This document shows positions 12,760 to 27,978 of a DNA stretch of 64,000 bases, piece by piece; position 1 is the first letter of the stretch; the number at the start of each line of letters is the position of its first letter. The notes under the pieces were generated by a model that was given only the letters and a program-made list of their open reading frames with translations, was not told where the DNA came from and made no database searches. A program made the position numbers and the translations under genes. Origin of the DNA: Octopus sinensis (lineage: Eukaryota). The stretch spans positions 65,658,001-65,722,000 of the forward strand of contig NC_043004.1 in NCBI RefSeq assembly GCF_006345805.1. The letters are read 5' to 3'.

Positions 12760-12909
12760 TATATATATATATGTATATATATATATATAATATATATATA
12801 TATATATACGTATATATATATATATATAATATATATATATATTATATATATATATATATAATATATATACGTATATATACATATATACATATATACATAT
12901 ATGTATACA

Positions 12910-12955
<46 letters not shown>

Positions 12956-12964
12956 ATATATATA

Positions 12965-13044
<80 letters not shown>

Positions 13045-15381
13045 ATCTATCATCGCCAAATATGCAAACCTAAACCAAACTGTAAATAGCTTATCATTGA
13101 CGAATATATATTTACAACAATAGATCTATTTCGTATTTAGATAGATTTTATCATCTACGTTGGCATGGTGTTTGAAATTCCTACTGTACAATTAAGCTAA
13201 TGTGGAATATTTAACCTTTGTTTTGCGGAATTCAAGGGTTAAGTATTTAACTGAACGGATATGAGTGCAGGCACATTTCTCTAGTTCAAAATATCGAAAT
13301 AATTGGATTAGCTATTAAGCTTGCTCGCAGAAGAAAGAAAAACTCAGGGTACATCTAAGTGCAAATGTTTTCGGAGAAGATTTATTTTTTCCGCCTCGTG
13401 GAAACGAAGAATGTTTGGAAAACTTGTAAGAAGAAGAAGGGCATTCTTCAGAATTAACATTGTATTCTTCTGTATTAATGACCCAAGCAATTTCAGAGAG
13501 CTAATGTTATTTAACTATGTACGTAAGATTTAGACGTTGAGACAACCACATCAGAAAACGGTTTCATTGAACCGACTAACACGATTCAAGTCATCACTTT
13601 ACACAAAACTAAATTATAATAATTTAGTGTCTGATATCAGATATTTTCATTATTTCTCGAATAAAGGGGTTGGTGGAATATATGAGAATATTGTTCTTTA
13701 GTTTAGAAGCACATTGAAAAACTTAAAATAATGCTAGAATTATTAGAAAATTTGTGAAATATCTCTACGGGAATATTCCTGCTGTGAAGCCACAAAGCAA
13801 AGTAGAAAGAGATACAAACATCAAGTGAGGAACTTTGAGTTTGCAATTCTAACTATTACGAGTACCATACACCAGAAACGCGTGTGTGTATACAACTTGG
13901 CAGTAGTTTCGTAGCGGGAGTTACTACAATTAAATTTCAGACAATGTCGAAGTGAATTACGGATACAAGCTCCTTATTTTTATGGTTAAAAGTTTAGAAA
14001 GTTCATTATAAACTATTAACGCTTCTCCTCCTGCCAATGTAACGAGCTTTGCGCTTATTTTACGAAGGGAAACGAAGCAAAATGTTAACATATGTCACTT
14101 CAGTAAATGTCGTCATCTGCACCAATGATGCATTCTCGCTATTGATCCATTAGAGCGAATTTTACTGTCGTATATAACCTGCGTGTTTTTTTTTTTGAAG
14201 CGTGTTCATGTGAGTGAAAATTTACATTCACCAATCCAAAGAAGCATCATGTCCTCTGATATTTAAGTACCAAACTGTATTTGTTAAATGTGTTTGGAAG
14301 CAAAAATAAAAAAAAGATATTTCTCTCTACCTGTTTTAATGGTGCTTCCTCTTTGGGGATACACATATGAAAGAACTTGTCAATTTTCTAGTTTTTATTT
14401 TTATTTTTACTACACATTTTTAGATGTGATATTTATTGTCCCTTCCTGATGTTCCCCTATCACACACCAACCACTTTTAACATGTTTGTGTACAGCACTA
14501 TACGTTTGAGTCAATTTAGGTTTTGCTTGCCGAATTTTAATATTACTACAATATTTTTTTTTATATCATTACGGTCTCCATCACTGTTCGTGTTGTTGTC
14601 ATTATCACATGTGTCCGCATTACTGTTATTACAATTTCTTTTTGTTATTAGCATCGTTATCTAAATACTATTGACGGTGTTATTATTAATGGTAGAAATA
14701 TTATTGCTATTTGAGCAAGACCCTAAAACAAAATGAAAGAAGAAGTATGTCACCGATGATATTAGGACGACCTTCTTTCGTAAGCACAGTCGCCACATTG
14801 AAATGCATTTATGATGCAAATGCAGAAACTAATGATAGATAACAGAACCGAAACCATAACGAAGGGGACCTATTAACCAATATATACCATATATGAACAG
14901 TTAAATTCAGTTTATTTAGTTATGGTATTAAATAGAAATAATACATATCTAAATATCTCAGAGAGATTTAGGCAGTAGTGGTACGATAAAGTAGTTGTAT
15001 GCTGGTCAACTAAATAGCAGTAGTATGATTCCCTTCATGGGACTGTCACACTAAGTTAACAGTACACAACTAAGTTTTGGTATTGTTCACAATAAAGTGT
15101 CAAAAATCCTCCACTGTTTAATTCCATGAGAAAATTAAAACCAGTTCAATTCTATTAGGAATATATTTCAACATGTAAACGCTGTTCCCTTCAATTTGTC
15201 AAGGAGAAGAAATTTCTCGTTCAAGACAAAACGGCGATAGAACACCGTAGTCAATTTTTGATGAATGCGTTTCTCACTACATAACTCTCTTCAGTACCAG
15301 AAACGAAGAGGCAACTTGGAGCTGACTATAAAGCTTTCCTTCTTTTATCGTCAATCAGTCAATATTACTGACGGATGGTTA

Positions 15382-15591
15382 AGGCGGTGAGATGGCGGAA
15401 TCATTAGCACGCCGCGCAAAATGTTTAATCGCATTTCCTCTGTTTTTAAGTTCTGAGTTCAAATTCCGACGAGGTCGATCTTGCCTTTCATTTTTTTGAG
15501 GATCGATAAAATAAGTATTAGTTGAGCACTGGGGTCGATGTAATTGATATATCCCCTAAATTACTGGCACTGCACCAAAATTTTAAATCCC
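15382..15591 (+). mobile_element. SINE family B, diverged monomer with 17-bp TSD
   Basis: Family B body; flanks tattactgacggatggt (15363-15379) and tattaatgacggatggt (15592-15608). Confidence 0.8.
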
Positions 15592-17012
15592 TATTAATGA
15601 CGGATGGTGCATATTTCCTCTGTCTTTAAACTTCATACACGGTAATGCTAGCTTTGCTCATGTTATTATAAATTGGTTTATAGCACCAGTTCAGAGTTGA
15701 TCGATAGCGTTACATCCATGACCATCCTATCTATTTGTCATCTACCGTAATATATCACAGACTGATATTTTCGAAAGTACGATTTCATAACTATATGCGC
15801 TTAAATTGGGATTTGGTTGTTATTTCTAGCTGTCCGAACGTTTACAATTGCAGCTGCGTCGTTGTTTCTGAGAACTGGCAGTCATTAGATGAGTTACCTA
15901 CTGATTTAAATTCCATTGTTGTTATTGGTTACGGACAGATCGATAATCTCCCTCCACATCGCCAAGTGATATTTTAGCTCCAAAGTGAAAGAGATTCCAT
16001 CCTTCCGGAGCTTTTAGTTATCGTTTATGACTACTTATCGCTGTAATCATCCACTCATTAGGGCACGTGACCGGAAGACTGTGATAATTTCAGAGGGCGG
16101 ATGTATGAAAAGAGAAATGAAACTGATTCCAGGTGTGAGCAGGTTAGAGAAAGGACAATAGAACCGAGTCAATTATTCGCTGTCTGCGTGTAAAATATCT
16201 GATGGAAGCGATTAATTTAAAATGCTTTACAATAAATTGATATTCAAAGCACTGTCTGTGGATAGGAAAGACAAGTGCATATAAATTTTATTCCTGTAAT
16301 AAACATAAATTGGGACAGAGACATTAGCGAGAAGTCGTGCATTTTGTTACGGTTTCAAATTCGTTGCCACATATAAAATAAAAAAAAAAATTGATTGAAC
16401 CCTTTAATTTTCACTTATACGGTAATGATATTCTATGCACTGGATTCGAAAAGAGAATGGCAGCAATAATCATATTCGTGTAATAGAGAAAGATTGTTAG
16501 AGATATGATTAACTGAAGTTGTTATATTGGCGAAGAAGAATAAAATCTGCTCCGACATCAAATATTCTTAATATACTATACTGAATGGGTTTCTTCTAAT
16601 AGATTATAGACTCTCTCCAGGGAAGATATCTCTCTCAACTACTTTATACGGTTAAACACGAATTAACAGTGAATATATAATCGGACTAAATTTTAGGGTC
16701 TATGGCATATTACCGTATATGTTCGTGTAAAATATGAGATTTTCATTCATAGTTTTAATATCTGACTATGGCAAGGATACTAGTTTTGACCGTTAGAATG
16801 TTGAGATGCAGTTCAAAGTATTGAGTCAGTTGCTGGACATCAAATTACACCAGATCATTAAAGAGACAGGAAATGAAATTAAACACAAAGAGAAACATAG
16901 TATGGTATAAAAACACAAATAATCTAACTCATGTAAGAAATAATTAGGGTACATTAATTGTAAATATTTTTCGATTATGTATTCAAAGATTTCGTAAGTT
17001 TTGAATATATGA

Positions 17013-17450
17013 ATACCTACCTACCTACCTACTTACCTACCTACCTACCTACCTACTTACCTACCTACCTACCTACCTACCTACATAACCTACCTATCTA
17101 TATATTTACTTACCTACCGACCTATCTACATACCTACCCACTTACCAACCAACCAACCTACCTAGCTACCAATCTGCTTACCTACCTACCTACCTACTAC
17201 CTACCTACCTAGCTACCTAGCTACCTAGCTACCTACCTAGCTACCTACCTAGCTACCTACCTACCTACCTAGCTATCTACCTACCTACCTACCTACCTAC
17301 CTAGCCACCTACCTATCCACCTACCTACCTACCTACCTACCTACCTACCTACCTACCTACCTACTATCTACCTACCTACTTACCTACCGACTTACCTACC
17401 TATCTAGTTATCTACCTTCGTACCTACCTCCGACTTACCTACCTCCGTCC
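17013..17450 (+). repeat. (CTAC)n/(CCTA)n microsatellite
   Basis: Direct reading; it explains the PTYL-repeat ORF 17009..17212. Confidence 0.95.
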
Positions 17451-17487
17451 CTACATTCAAACATCCCTACATACGTACATATATCAA

Positions 17488-17637
17488 TATTCGTTTCAAA
17501 TTTCAGCACAAGGCCAGTAGTTCTGATGGGGAGCGAGTAATTCGATTACATCGAGCGCAATGCTCAATTGATACTTATGTTATCGAATCTGAAACGATGA
17601 AAGGCAATGTCGAGCTTGGCGGAATTTGTACTCAGGG
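17488..17637 (-). mobile_element. SINE family B fragment
   Basis: gatgaaaggcaatgtcgagcttggcggaatttgtactcag is the reverse complement of the family B body. Confidence 0.7.
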
Positions 17638-18736
17638 CGTATACACAAACACACACACACACACATACACATAAGCAGTAAAAAGAAAAACTCGCAAAAC
17701 TTTCTCATACAAACACAAAACTCTCTCACACACACACAAACACACACAAATACACAAACACATACATACACACAAACACATACAATCCCACACATACATA
17801 CAAAAGAAAACAGCACTAAAACACACACACCTCTGCAAACACACACAAACACCCACACATACACAAATATACATAGGCACAAAAGAAAACATCGCAAAAA
17901 TACAAACACACGCGTGTTTTGCCCGCCTTGGTGATAGCTAATGTTCACAGGAGTTCATAGATCTTGATAGTGCTCTGTAGTCCTTTTAAAACTCCAAACT
18001 TGTCCGGCTTATTTAGAGCTATAATTACTGGATACAGAACTAATTTCTTCAGCACCAATAATAAGAAGTCAAGCGTCAAAGTCTTAGAAATGCCATGTCT
18101 AACTGTATTGGTGATACTGTAACGTCCAATAACATAGTCACAATGTTAAATGCATTTCATTAACGTAACATTTATAGTTATGATGTTCCTTCGACCAAAA
18201 CATATCTATTGTTAGACTAATTTTCTACACGCGAGACGTGGCATTTTAAAAATATTTATCCCACAAACTACGGAAAAGGATTCGATCTTTGCTCGATTTG
18301 ACGCTTTATTCAAATAGTATAAGCGTTTCGTTTTTGGATTTGGTTTACACCATTCTTGATGTGAGTCCGTGTGTTGAAGCATATTTTGTTGTGTCTGGAG
18401 AGAGTCACAAACACACACATACGTGCATATATACATATGAGTATGCGCACACATACTGACCAACACACATGTGCACAAACAAAAAGAAAGAACGTAGCTC
18501 GGATAACGAATCGAGTCAACGACTATTGAACAGGTTGCAAGATACAACGAAAATTTTAGAAAAAATAAAGAAATAAATGAGTGGAAACTGAACCGGTACG
18601 TGTGTTAAATGATAAGGCACTAAAAGAGAATGACTCTCCCTTGATACAACAAAGTATAAACATTATCTATCAAATTTGAACCTATATTTTAGTCTTTCGT
18701 CTAAAGCTGAAAATACTCCATTCTACTGTGAGGACA

Positions 18737-18945
18737 TTTTTATAAATAAACATTGAAGCGCTGAGTGAGTGAGTATCTTAGAAACGAAGAAAATCTCGAA
18801 CGCGCGAGAGTAGTCGTGTAAAGAGCTTAGATCATCGAGTAAGAAACCCTTATATGCGAAAAAACGTGGCGAGCAATGAGCTGCCGAGATTCTTCCGTTT
18901 CTAAATTATCGGCTCACTCGGTGATTCAATGTTTGTTTATAAAAA
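18737..18945. repeat. diverged inverted repeat (old MITE-like)
   Basis: tttataaataaacattgaag...aatctcg (18737-18798) pairs imperfectly with cgagattc...caatgtttgtttataaaa (18885-18945). Confidence 0.55.
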
Positions 18946-19141
18946 TCTTGTCTCATATTAAAAGCTATTATTTACCGTTTCAAAATATGGGATTAGTTGT
19001 CAGGGGTCGTTGACCCCAACAATTCAAATCATTCAACTGGTATTTGAGAAGTACGTGCTTCGATGATGTTCTGCAACGGTTTGCTGGAAACTTTAATCCG
19101 TTTCTAAGGTTATTTTACCCGATTTTCTAAGCCTTTTCCAG

Positions 19142-19300
19142 AGGCGCAGGAGTGGCTGCGTGGTAAGTAGCTTGCTTACATGATTCCGGGGTTAGTCCCA
19201 CTGGGTCGCATCTTGGGCGAGTATCTTCTACTATAGCCTCGGGCCGACCAAAGCCTTTTGAGTGGATTTGTTAGACGAAAACTGAAAGAAGCCTGTCGTA

Positions 19301-19344
<44 letters not shown>

Positions 19345-19616
19345 TGTGTGTGTGTGTGTGTGTGTATGTGTGTGGGTGTGTGTGTGTATATGTTTGTGTG
19401 TCTGTGTTTGTCCTCCTAGCATTGCTTGACAACCGATGCTGGTGTGTTTATGTCCCCGTCACTTAGCGGTTCGGCAAAATAGACCTATAGAATAAGTACT
19501 AAGCGTACAAAGAATAAGTCCAGGTGTCGATTTGTTCGACTAAAAGTGGTGCTCCAGCATGGCCATAGTCAAATGACTGAAACAAGTAAACGAGCAAAAT
19601 AAGAGTAAAAGAGTTA
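19142..19616 (+). mobile_element. SINE family A, full length
   Basis: Head, CORE-like part, internal (TA)/(TG) tract and tail aagagtaaaagag all present. Confidence 0.9.
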
Positions 19617-19939
19617 TTCTCCCGCGGTCGGGATTTCCTTCATTTCTAGAATACTATGTCAATATTTTTGCAAAGCTTGGAATTTTGGATGAGGGAGCAA
19701 AGCGATTATATCCACCATAGTATTATCTTACATCATCCCGAAAAGATGAAAGTCAAAGCCGATTTTGATCTCAAAATAAATGAAGTTCAGCGTTTTTATC
19801 CGGCGTGCTAACAATTCGGCCAGTTCGCTGCTTTAATGCTGAAAAAATAAAAGACAGGATAGAGAGAAAATTGCGCTGCAAGCAACTTGAAATCTATTGG
19901 TGAGGCATGGTTGTGTACACTGTAGAAATCAACTGGACG

Positions 19940-20295
19940 AAATACTTAGCGGTATTTCGTCTGCCGTTACGTTCTGAGTTCAAATTCCGCCGAGGTTGAC
20001 TTTGCCTTTCATCCTTTCGGGGTCGATAAATTAAGTACCAGTTATGCACTGGGGTCGATATAATCGACCTAATCCCTTTGTCAGTACTTGTTTGTCCTCT
20101 CTGGGTTTAGCCCCTTGTGGGTAGTAAAGAAATAAGTATTTCGCCAGCCGTTACGTTCTGAGTTCAAATTCCGCCGAGGTCGACTTTGCCTTTCATCATT
20201 TCGGGGTCGATAAAATAAGCACCAATTGAACACTGGAGACGATGTAATCGACTCATCCATTCCCCAAAAATTACTGCCCTTGTGGAAAATTTGAA
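19940..20295 (+). mobile_element. SINE family B dimer
   Basis: body-tail1-body-tail2 with junction aaagaaataa|gtatttcg, as at 2545-3159. Confidence 0.85.
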
Positions 20296-21164
20296 GCCGT
20301 GATTAGAATATAGATTAAAGATAATGTGGAAACAGTACATATATATTAAAAAAGACCCATCGACTGAAGCAAAATAATGCCTTGTATTAAAACACAATTT
20401 CAAGAACTTGGTTACCTTTAACAGGATGGTTGGCTGAAAAAAAAAGGATATAATAAAAAAGGCACTAGAAGGAAAAACAAGAAGGTATTATTGGTGATGG
20501 TAGTCTTCATGATAATGACGATGGGGAGGCTGGCGAAGATGACAACGACATAAGGACCACGATGATGATGATAATGGTGATAGGAAAGATGACGGACTTT
20601 ATGATGGTTGAAAGTAACATCCGCGACACACAAACAGTATTTACATTAGCGCCAGTGTTGTTTGTGGATGGTGTCCAGACGAAATGTTACGTCAACAATC
20701 GAGTGTTTCAAGATGTGAATAATATTAATGGTTTCTTAAGTTTATTTTCACAAGGAAACACAGCAAACAGAAAACGCTAGAATATCCCCTTCAACAGATA
20801 AATAAATAAATAAATAAAATGAAATGAAATAAAACCAAAATAAACAAACGCACGCGTTCATACATAAATATGTTATACACATTCACACACACACACACCA
20901 CACACACACACACACGCACATATATATATATATATATATATGAAGATACATAATATATATATACACATACATATATATGAAGATAATATTTATATATATG
21001 TATACAGGAAAATGCACATGGGCACACAAGAATATACGCACATATATTACATACAAGCACATATAATACAGGCTTGCATATGTAGATATGTGTATATCTA
21101 TATCTATATCTATATCTATCTATCTATCTATCTCTCTCTCTCTCTATATATATATATATCTATC

Positions 21165-21692
21165 TATATGGTAAATGTTTTTGATTTTCACTCTCTCCCT
21201 TTTTGTGTCTCTAGCACTAAGCTTCCTTATTTGGGAGCCTTTTATTATTTTATTATATTTCTATATGAATATTTTGTCTAATGACTAATTCGTCTTTTGT
21301 GCTAAGCCACTGGTAATAATAACCAATGTTATTACCCTTTTTGATTATGTTCACATATTACTTGATAAATTTCTTCGTAAAATCTTTTACCGGCATGCCG
21401 TATGTCGCCTGGTATATTTTGCGTCGGCGCAGAGGTTTGAAAAGTTAAGATATACAAATTGTTAGATCGACATGCTCTATTGCTCTGTGCATCTAGAATT
21501 GGGAAGGCGTCCCGCTGACGAACCTTGCTTTGGCAAACATATTCTGTCTGTTTTGCTAGAAAGAGGTAGAAACTGATCAGTCCGGGATATATCGTTAATG
21601 GTAAATGTTTTTGAATTTCACTCTCTCCATGAATTTATCCCTTTTTGTGTGTCTAGCACTAAGCTTTCTTATTTGGGAGCCTTTTTATTATA
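21165..21692. repeat. local ~90-bp direct repeat
   Basis: atggtaaatgttttt...ctagcactaagctt..cttatttgggagccttt occurs at ~21165-21250 and ~21597-21692. Confidence 0.75.
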
Positions 21693-21698
21693 TATATA

Positions 21699-21743
<45 letters not shown>

Positions 21744-22177
21744 TTAAAAATAAGAAATTATCAGTAGTTAGCGTGAAAAATCTCGTAAGAGAAAAAATCT
21801 GTAAATTTTTTCAACTTTGAAAATACTTATTTATAATATATAGAGGGTACTATTATTCATAGGTACCGCACGCTAGGAGGGACTTTTGCAGTCAAAACTA
21901 CTAAAATAAACAAATTGTACCGAATGCAAAACCTCAAAGCGAGTCATTTAAAAACAGAATTTAGTTACATATCACCTGTGATTTCGCAATCAATGCAGAA
22001 TATGCATTCTATGCTCTTCAGTGCAACGAACTCAAGACATATAAGAAAAAACACAACATCACAACATCACAAAGGTAAGTTGCTACCAAAATGCATTGCG
22101 AAAAAGCCCGCCATTTTCATAGATATGTAAAGATAAACATTCGTACATGCTGCGGCGAATTCTACGGCTGGTTGTCG

Positions 22178-22478
22178 GCAACTCGACCCCGGGACTTATT
22201 CTTTGTAAGCCCAGTACTTATTCTATCGGGGTCTTTTGCCGAACCGCTAAACACACCAGCATCGGTTGTCAAGCAATGCTAGGGGGACAAACACAGACAC
22301 ACAAATATACACGCACATACATATATATATACACGACGGGCTTTTTTTAGTTTCCGTCTACCAAATCCACTCACAAGGCTTTAGTCGGCCCGAGGCTATA
22401 GTGGAAGTCACTTGCCCAAGATTCCACGCAATGGGACTGAATTCGGAACCATGTGGTCGGTACCACACAGCCACTCCT
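22178..22478 (-). mobile_element. SINE family A
   Basis: Reverse complement of family A, ending ccacacagccactcct. Confidence 0.85.
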
Positions 22479-22557
22479 TTCAAAATGTGACCTCGTGTGT
22501 ACCGTTGGCGACTTTTTTCCCCGTATCTTCCCTTCTCTGGATCTTTCCTTCTCCTAT

Positions 22558-22592
22558 GTTTCCGAGGAAGAGCTCCGCTCGAAACGTTAGAC
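22558..22592 (+). ncRNA. hammerhead-like variant in a Penelope-like terminal fragment
   Basis: gttt-CCGAGGA-A-gagc(tcc)gctc-GAAA-CG-TT-agac. U4C change plus an extra A; stem III can form only in a dimer (palindrome AACGTT). Confidence 0.45.
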
Positions 22593-22686
22593 CCTCCTTC
22601 TTTCCTTCTTTCCTGAGCGTCCAATAATACTATATTTGTTCCACGACCTCGCGTTGTTGTGTTTTGTTGTGCTTTCTTGTTTAGAT

Positions 22687-22718
<32 letters not shown>

Positions 22719-25016
22719 CGTATGTGTGTATATAAACATATATTGTATCTTTGTAAGTGTATATGCGCGTGTGTGGTTATAGACGTATATGAACACAGGC
22801 ACATACACAAATATACGTATATTTTCTCAAGTGTTAAACACTGTATTTGTTTCAGCATTGGTCTTTTTTAGCGTTTATAGATCCTACATCATTACATATG
22901 CATAATCGTTTGTGTATGTGCATGCACCTGTGCACTCGAGCGCACACACACAACTATCTATCTCTCTATCTCTCTATCTATCTCTCTATCTCTCTATCTA
23001 TCTATATATATATATCTATCTATCATAGTTAACGTATACACACGGTCCACAGGCCAGTTACTGCAGTATTTGTTCTATGATACTATCTCTTATGGACTTG
23101 ATGTCTTAAACACACAATAAAGAAAAGTTACAGAGTGAGATAAAGGAAAAAGAAACCCTTGTAGCAGCGGCCATCTTGTATACCACGTGCATTTCATCAA
23201 TTTCTGAGTCTTTTAAATGATGCGTACTCGCCACAAGTCACATGCTTAGACGGGAATTGTTAGCTTTCATATATGGAAATAATGAAACCACTGATTAAAT
23301 GAATAATTATCCGGCTGATTAAATATCGAGTATCCGTAATTAATCAGTATTTAAACAAAATAGTCAAAGAAAACCTTCACTGATCCAATTGAAATTTTTT
23401 GTACTTTTACGTCGGTTGACATACTTCTAGGAGTATGCATCTATTCATGATATACATTTGTATGTATGCATGTCATTATTTACATTTATTTCGAAATTTC
23501 TTGCCAATAGGGAAAAAGCAAGTTTCTTACTTTCATCAACTGAGTATTTGTAGACATTTGTGCGTATGTATACAATACTTGGTTGGAGTGCATTCGCGCG
23601 GACTTGTATGTAATGTTTCTTTGTATGTATTCTGATGTATACAGTAGTATGCCTACAAGGACATGTACTTAACTTCTAAACTTTTGCGAAGTTGTGCACA
23701 TTTTGACAGTCCGAGTGATGGCTTGTCTCTGTAATCTTCTAATTAACTTTCTCTTTTCTGATTTATAGAATACGAATAGTATTTATAGAATAGTATGTAA
23801 CATACTGTCGAGGCAGTATGTTACATATCTCAGTGCAATACTTACAAGTGCAAATCAGAACTTGTAATCCGGTTAGAATAGCTGTGAATGTCTCAGTAGT
23901 TTGTTGGTGGTGTTTCCTTACGTAATGATCATTAGCTTTACGTTGACATCCGTTGTGCAACTGATTTCTCCTAACGTACACAATTGTCATTCTCAGTCAC
24001 AAATTACTATGCCTGGTCTCTTGTATGTGCATTTAATTGTGGTTTTCACTGGGACATTCCCCCATTGCTCTTTCTTAATATGATCTGTGGATTCATATTC
24101 CTCTGGTTTTCAGGATAATCCTTCTGGTGGATTTCAGTGTATTCTGTCTAAACTACAGCATCATGTTTCATCGGTAAATAATAACGTGATAATATTTTAG
24201 GATAACTGCATATACTGCAGGTAATATTTTCCGTAGTAAATCTACAATGCCTGCTTTCTATATCACATTTTGGTGTATTTCTGCATCGTTCTGTTTTGGA
24301 TTTCTAAACAAAAACCCTTCAAAATGAGAAATAATGATACACTTGTTGGTTAACTGTAAAGACATTTGTTTATAAAGCTTGCTACAATCTTGGAAATTTC
24401 TGCTAACATACCGAAATAAAATCTTTTTATGATATGCACCCATCATATCATTAGATATTATTTGGCATTAGAGTCATGCAAGATTTTTAGGCATGTATTC
24501 AAGGTCATCAAACGGAATATTTCTCGAAGAGCTGCTTTACAAATCTCATGGCATCTGCTTCGTATATGCAAACTTGAGCAACGGATGTACTTCTATAGTT
24601 AGTGTTTGAAAGATGTTTCTCAAGGGAATTATTATAAATCTTCCACTGAGGAGGGAGCCGGTTTCCAGCAGAGATATTGAGAAGTAGTTAACACAGACGA
24701 ATTCACATTTGGAACTTGAGAAAGGTCTTGCACATTTTTACTGTTCAATTCGCAGTTTGGACTTGTAATTTACGAATCAGCCTGTGTGTATGTATGTACG
24801 ATGTATGTATGTTTGATGTGTGTATGTATTATGTATGTTTGTATGTACACGTGAGAGTGTATGCGTTTTTGTATATGTAAGAATGTAACGTATACCAATG
24901 ACACTATGTTTCTAGTGCCGTGTCTTCTTCCAGACCCATTATTCCTCTACAACTATTTGTATTGTTACATGCTGACAATATACTTTATAGTTTCGAGCTA
25001 TTTGTGTCATTTCATT

Positions 25017-25028
25017 TATTATTATTAA

Positions 25029-25103
<75 letters not shown>

Positions 25104-25185
25104 CATCATCGTTATCATCATCATCATCGTTATCATTATTATTATTATCGTTATTGTTTTTGTTATTATTATAATTATTATTATT
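25017..25185 (+). repeat. (TAT)n/(CAT)n microsatellite
   Basis: Direct reading; it explains the poly-L and poly-I ORFs. Confidence 0.95.
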
Positions 25186-25689
25186 GCCTTTCTATGGCTT
25201 TGGTTTCTTATCTCTTCTCTTTGTTTAACTTACACCGAGTGTTCACTTCGTATTTTTTTATGAAAACCTTGAAATATCGAAGTGTGTTTATGCGTGCCTG
25301 TGTATCAGTGCGTATGTGTACACGTATATCTATATATATATATGCACATTTATGTATGCGTGTGTGATTGTGTGAGCGTGAATAAGTATAAATGTATATG
25401 AATTCATACACACATTTACAGAAGATATATCTACACACACAAAATCGTAGTTGTGTGTGTGTCTCTCTCTTTGTGTTGGTATCTTTTTTCTGTGTATGCG
25501 TCTAAATGCGTGTTTACCTGTGCCTGTGTGGGCATTTAGGACATTTATTTACCGCTCAAAAACGCATACAGATAACTTAAAGGCGGTTCGAATATAAGAG
25601 AAATATAGATGAAATAAATTGATCAATGAAATATATTCACAAAAAGAAATAGAGAACCGCCACACTGAAGAAAAGACAACGAAAAGGAG

Positions 25690-25696
25690 AGAGAGG

Positions 25697-25738
<42 letters not shown>

Positions 25739-25755
25739 AACAGAGGGAACGAGAG

Positions 25756-25798
<43 letters not shown>

Positions 25799-25800
25799 CG
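25690..25800 (+). repeat. (GA)n microsatellite
   Basis: Direct reading. Confidence 0.9.
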
Positions 25801-26719
25801 TGAGTGGAAGGAAATCATTGACGGCGAAGAAAACCAAGCGAAAAACTCATTTGAGAAAGAGAGATTATATATTTTTGATCTGGAATGAAATAGGAGAATA
25901 TATACATTTTTAAAGGTCCTACCTAGCTAGATTTTACCCTGTTCGTTATATTTTTGTTTGAAGTGTAAGTTATAAAACTGAAGATGTGTTTACATGTTAA
26001 TATTTTTTAAAACACTCGAGATTTTGGTAAGCGTGCGTTTGTTTATGTAAGAATGCAGGCTTATGCGTGTATATTTGCTTATGTGTTTGTTTTACTTGAG
26101 TGAATATATTTCTATGTTGATGTGTGCTTAATATCTTACTGTATGAAAGTGAATGATACGTAAGTCTACTTTCGTTTAAGTATTAGTTTAAAACTTGGAG
26201 AAACATTAGAACATGCATACATATATCCGTGTAAACATGAAAATATGTGTATATATAAATATGTGCGTGTATATGTTTGCGTGTGTGTTTGTGTATATAC
26301 AAGTGTGACTGGATTGATAGGAGTGTTTTGTATTGGAGTCATAACGGATTTTCAATGAGTTGTTATATACTTGTTATATATTTATTATTTTAAATGCTTC
26401 TAATGTTTAAGATACGAAGTCATAGAACTCATTCGATCCACTTTCGGATTCCCTCACTCCCTTCCTCTCTATCTCTTTCTCTCTCTCTCTCTCATATAGC
26501 ACGACGCCCAACGCAGGCACCACCATGCACACGAATGTATGCCGTGGAACTTACCAAAACGCACATACGCCAACATAGATAAAGACTATATTCATGCAAA
26601 CACACACAAGCAACCGCAAACACGAACACACATACATATGACGCTAGATTGATAGAAACGTACCTACATATAAAAATATTAGGCGCATATACATATATGT
26701 ATGAGTATATATATTATGC

Positions 26720-26722
26720 ATG

Positions 26723-26770
<48 letters not shown>

Positions 26771-27018
26771 TATATACATTACATCTATACGCATCCCCCC
26801 ACACTTATATATATATAGGCGCCAGGGTAGCTGGGTGGTAAGACTTGCTTCCCAACCACATGTGTCTGGCTTCAATCCCACTGAGTGGCACCTTGGGCGG
26901 GTGTCTTCTACTATAGCCCCGGGTCGACCAAAGCCTCGTCGTGGATTTGGTAGATGGAAACTGAGAAGCTCCTCTTATATATATATATATATATAATATA
27001 TAGATATAGATATAAATA

Positions 27019-27085
<67 letters not shown>

Positions 27086-27223
27086 TAGTCCTGGGTTAAT
27101 TAGTTCGACTAAAGGGGCTGCGTTGCATGGCCGCAGTCAAATGGCTCAAACAAGGAAAAGAATATATATATATTTTTGTTGTTGTCTTACCATATCTCTT
27201 CAAAATTTATGTATATATATATA

Positions 27224-27268
<45 letters not shown>

Positions 27269-27290
27269 TTATATATATATATATATAATA

Positions 27291-27357
<67 letters not shown>

Positions 27358-27598
27358 TTTGATAGAAATGGTAAGACAACAACAAAAAAATGAAAGAGAC
27401 CTCGATATTATATAAATAGAGGAATTTATCTGTAAATATAATATGTGACAATTATACGGTAGCCATGAGGGCCATTTTCATTTTTTCCGATGGATCGATA
27501 ACTGAATTGATGCCGGCGTGGGTTTCCGCCCCGAATCAAACACTCGGAGTTTTATCATAGCTACCGAATAATTGTTGCATATCATATTTACATATATG

Positions 27599-27639
<41 letters not shown>

Positions 27640-27751
27640 ATTTGTGTGTGTGTGTGTGTATGTACGTGTGTGTATATATATATATGCATGTATACACACC
27701 ACATATACACACTCCGAGGAAGACAGAATGGATTATTACATCCATGCATTC

Positions 27752-27804
<53 letters not shown>

Positions 27805-27842
27805 TACATAATATATAATATGCAAATATATAATATATCATA

Positions 27843-27877
<35 letters not shown>

Positions 27878-27917
27878 ATACTATATATATATTATATATA
27901 TATATAATATATATATA

Positions 27918-27978
<61 letters not shown>

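Noticed and set aside
23700-24400. GPCR-like words (N..RNPK..DLL, SLDRI, DSMLHTIL) on the minus strand
   Set aside because: The spacing is too short and the intervening sequence is not hydrophobic; kept only as an unassigned island.
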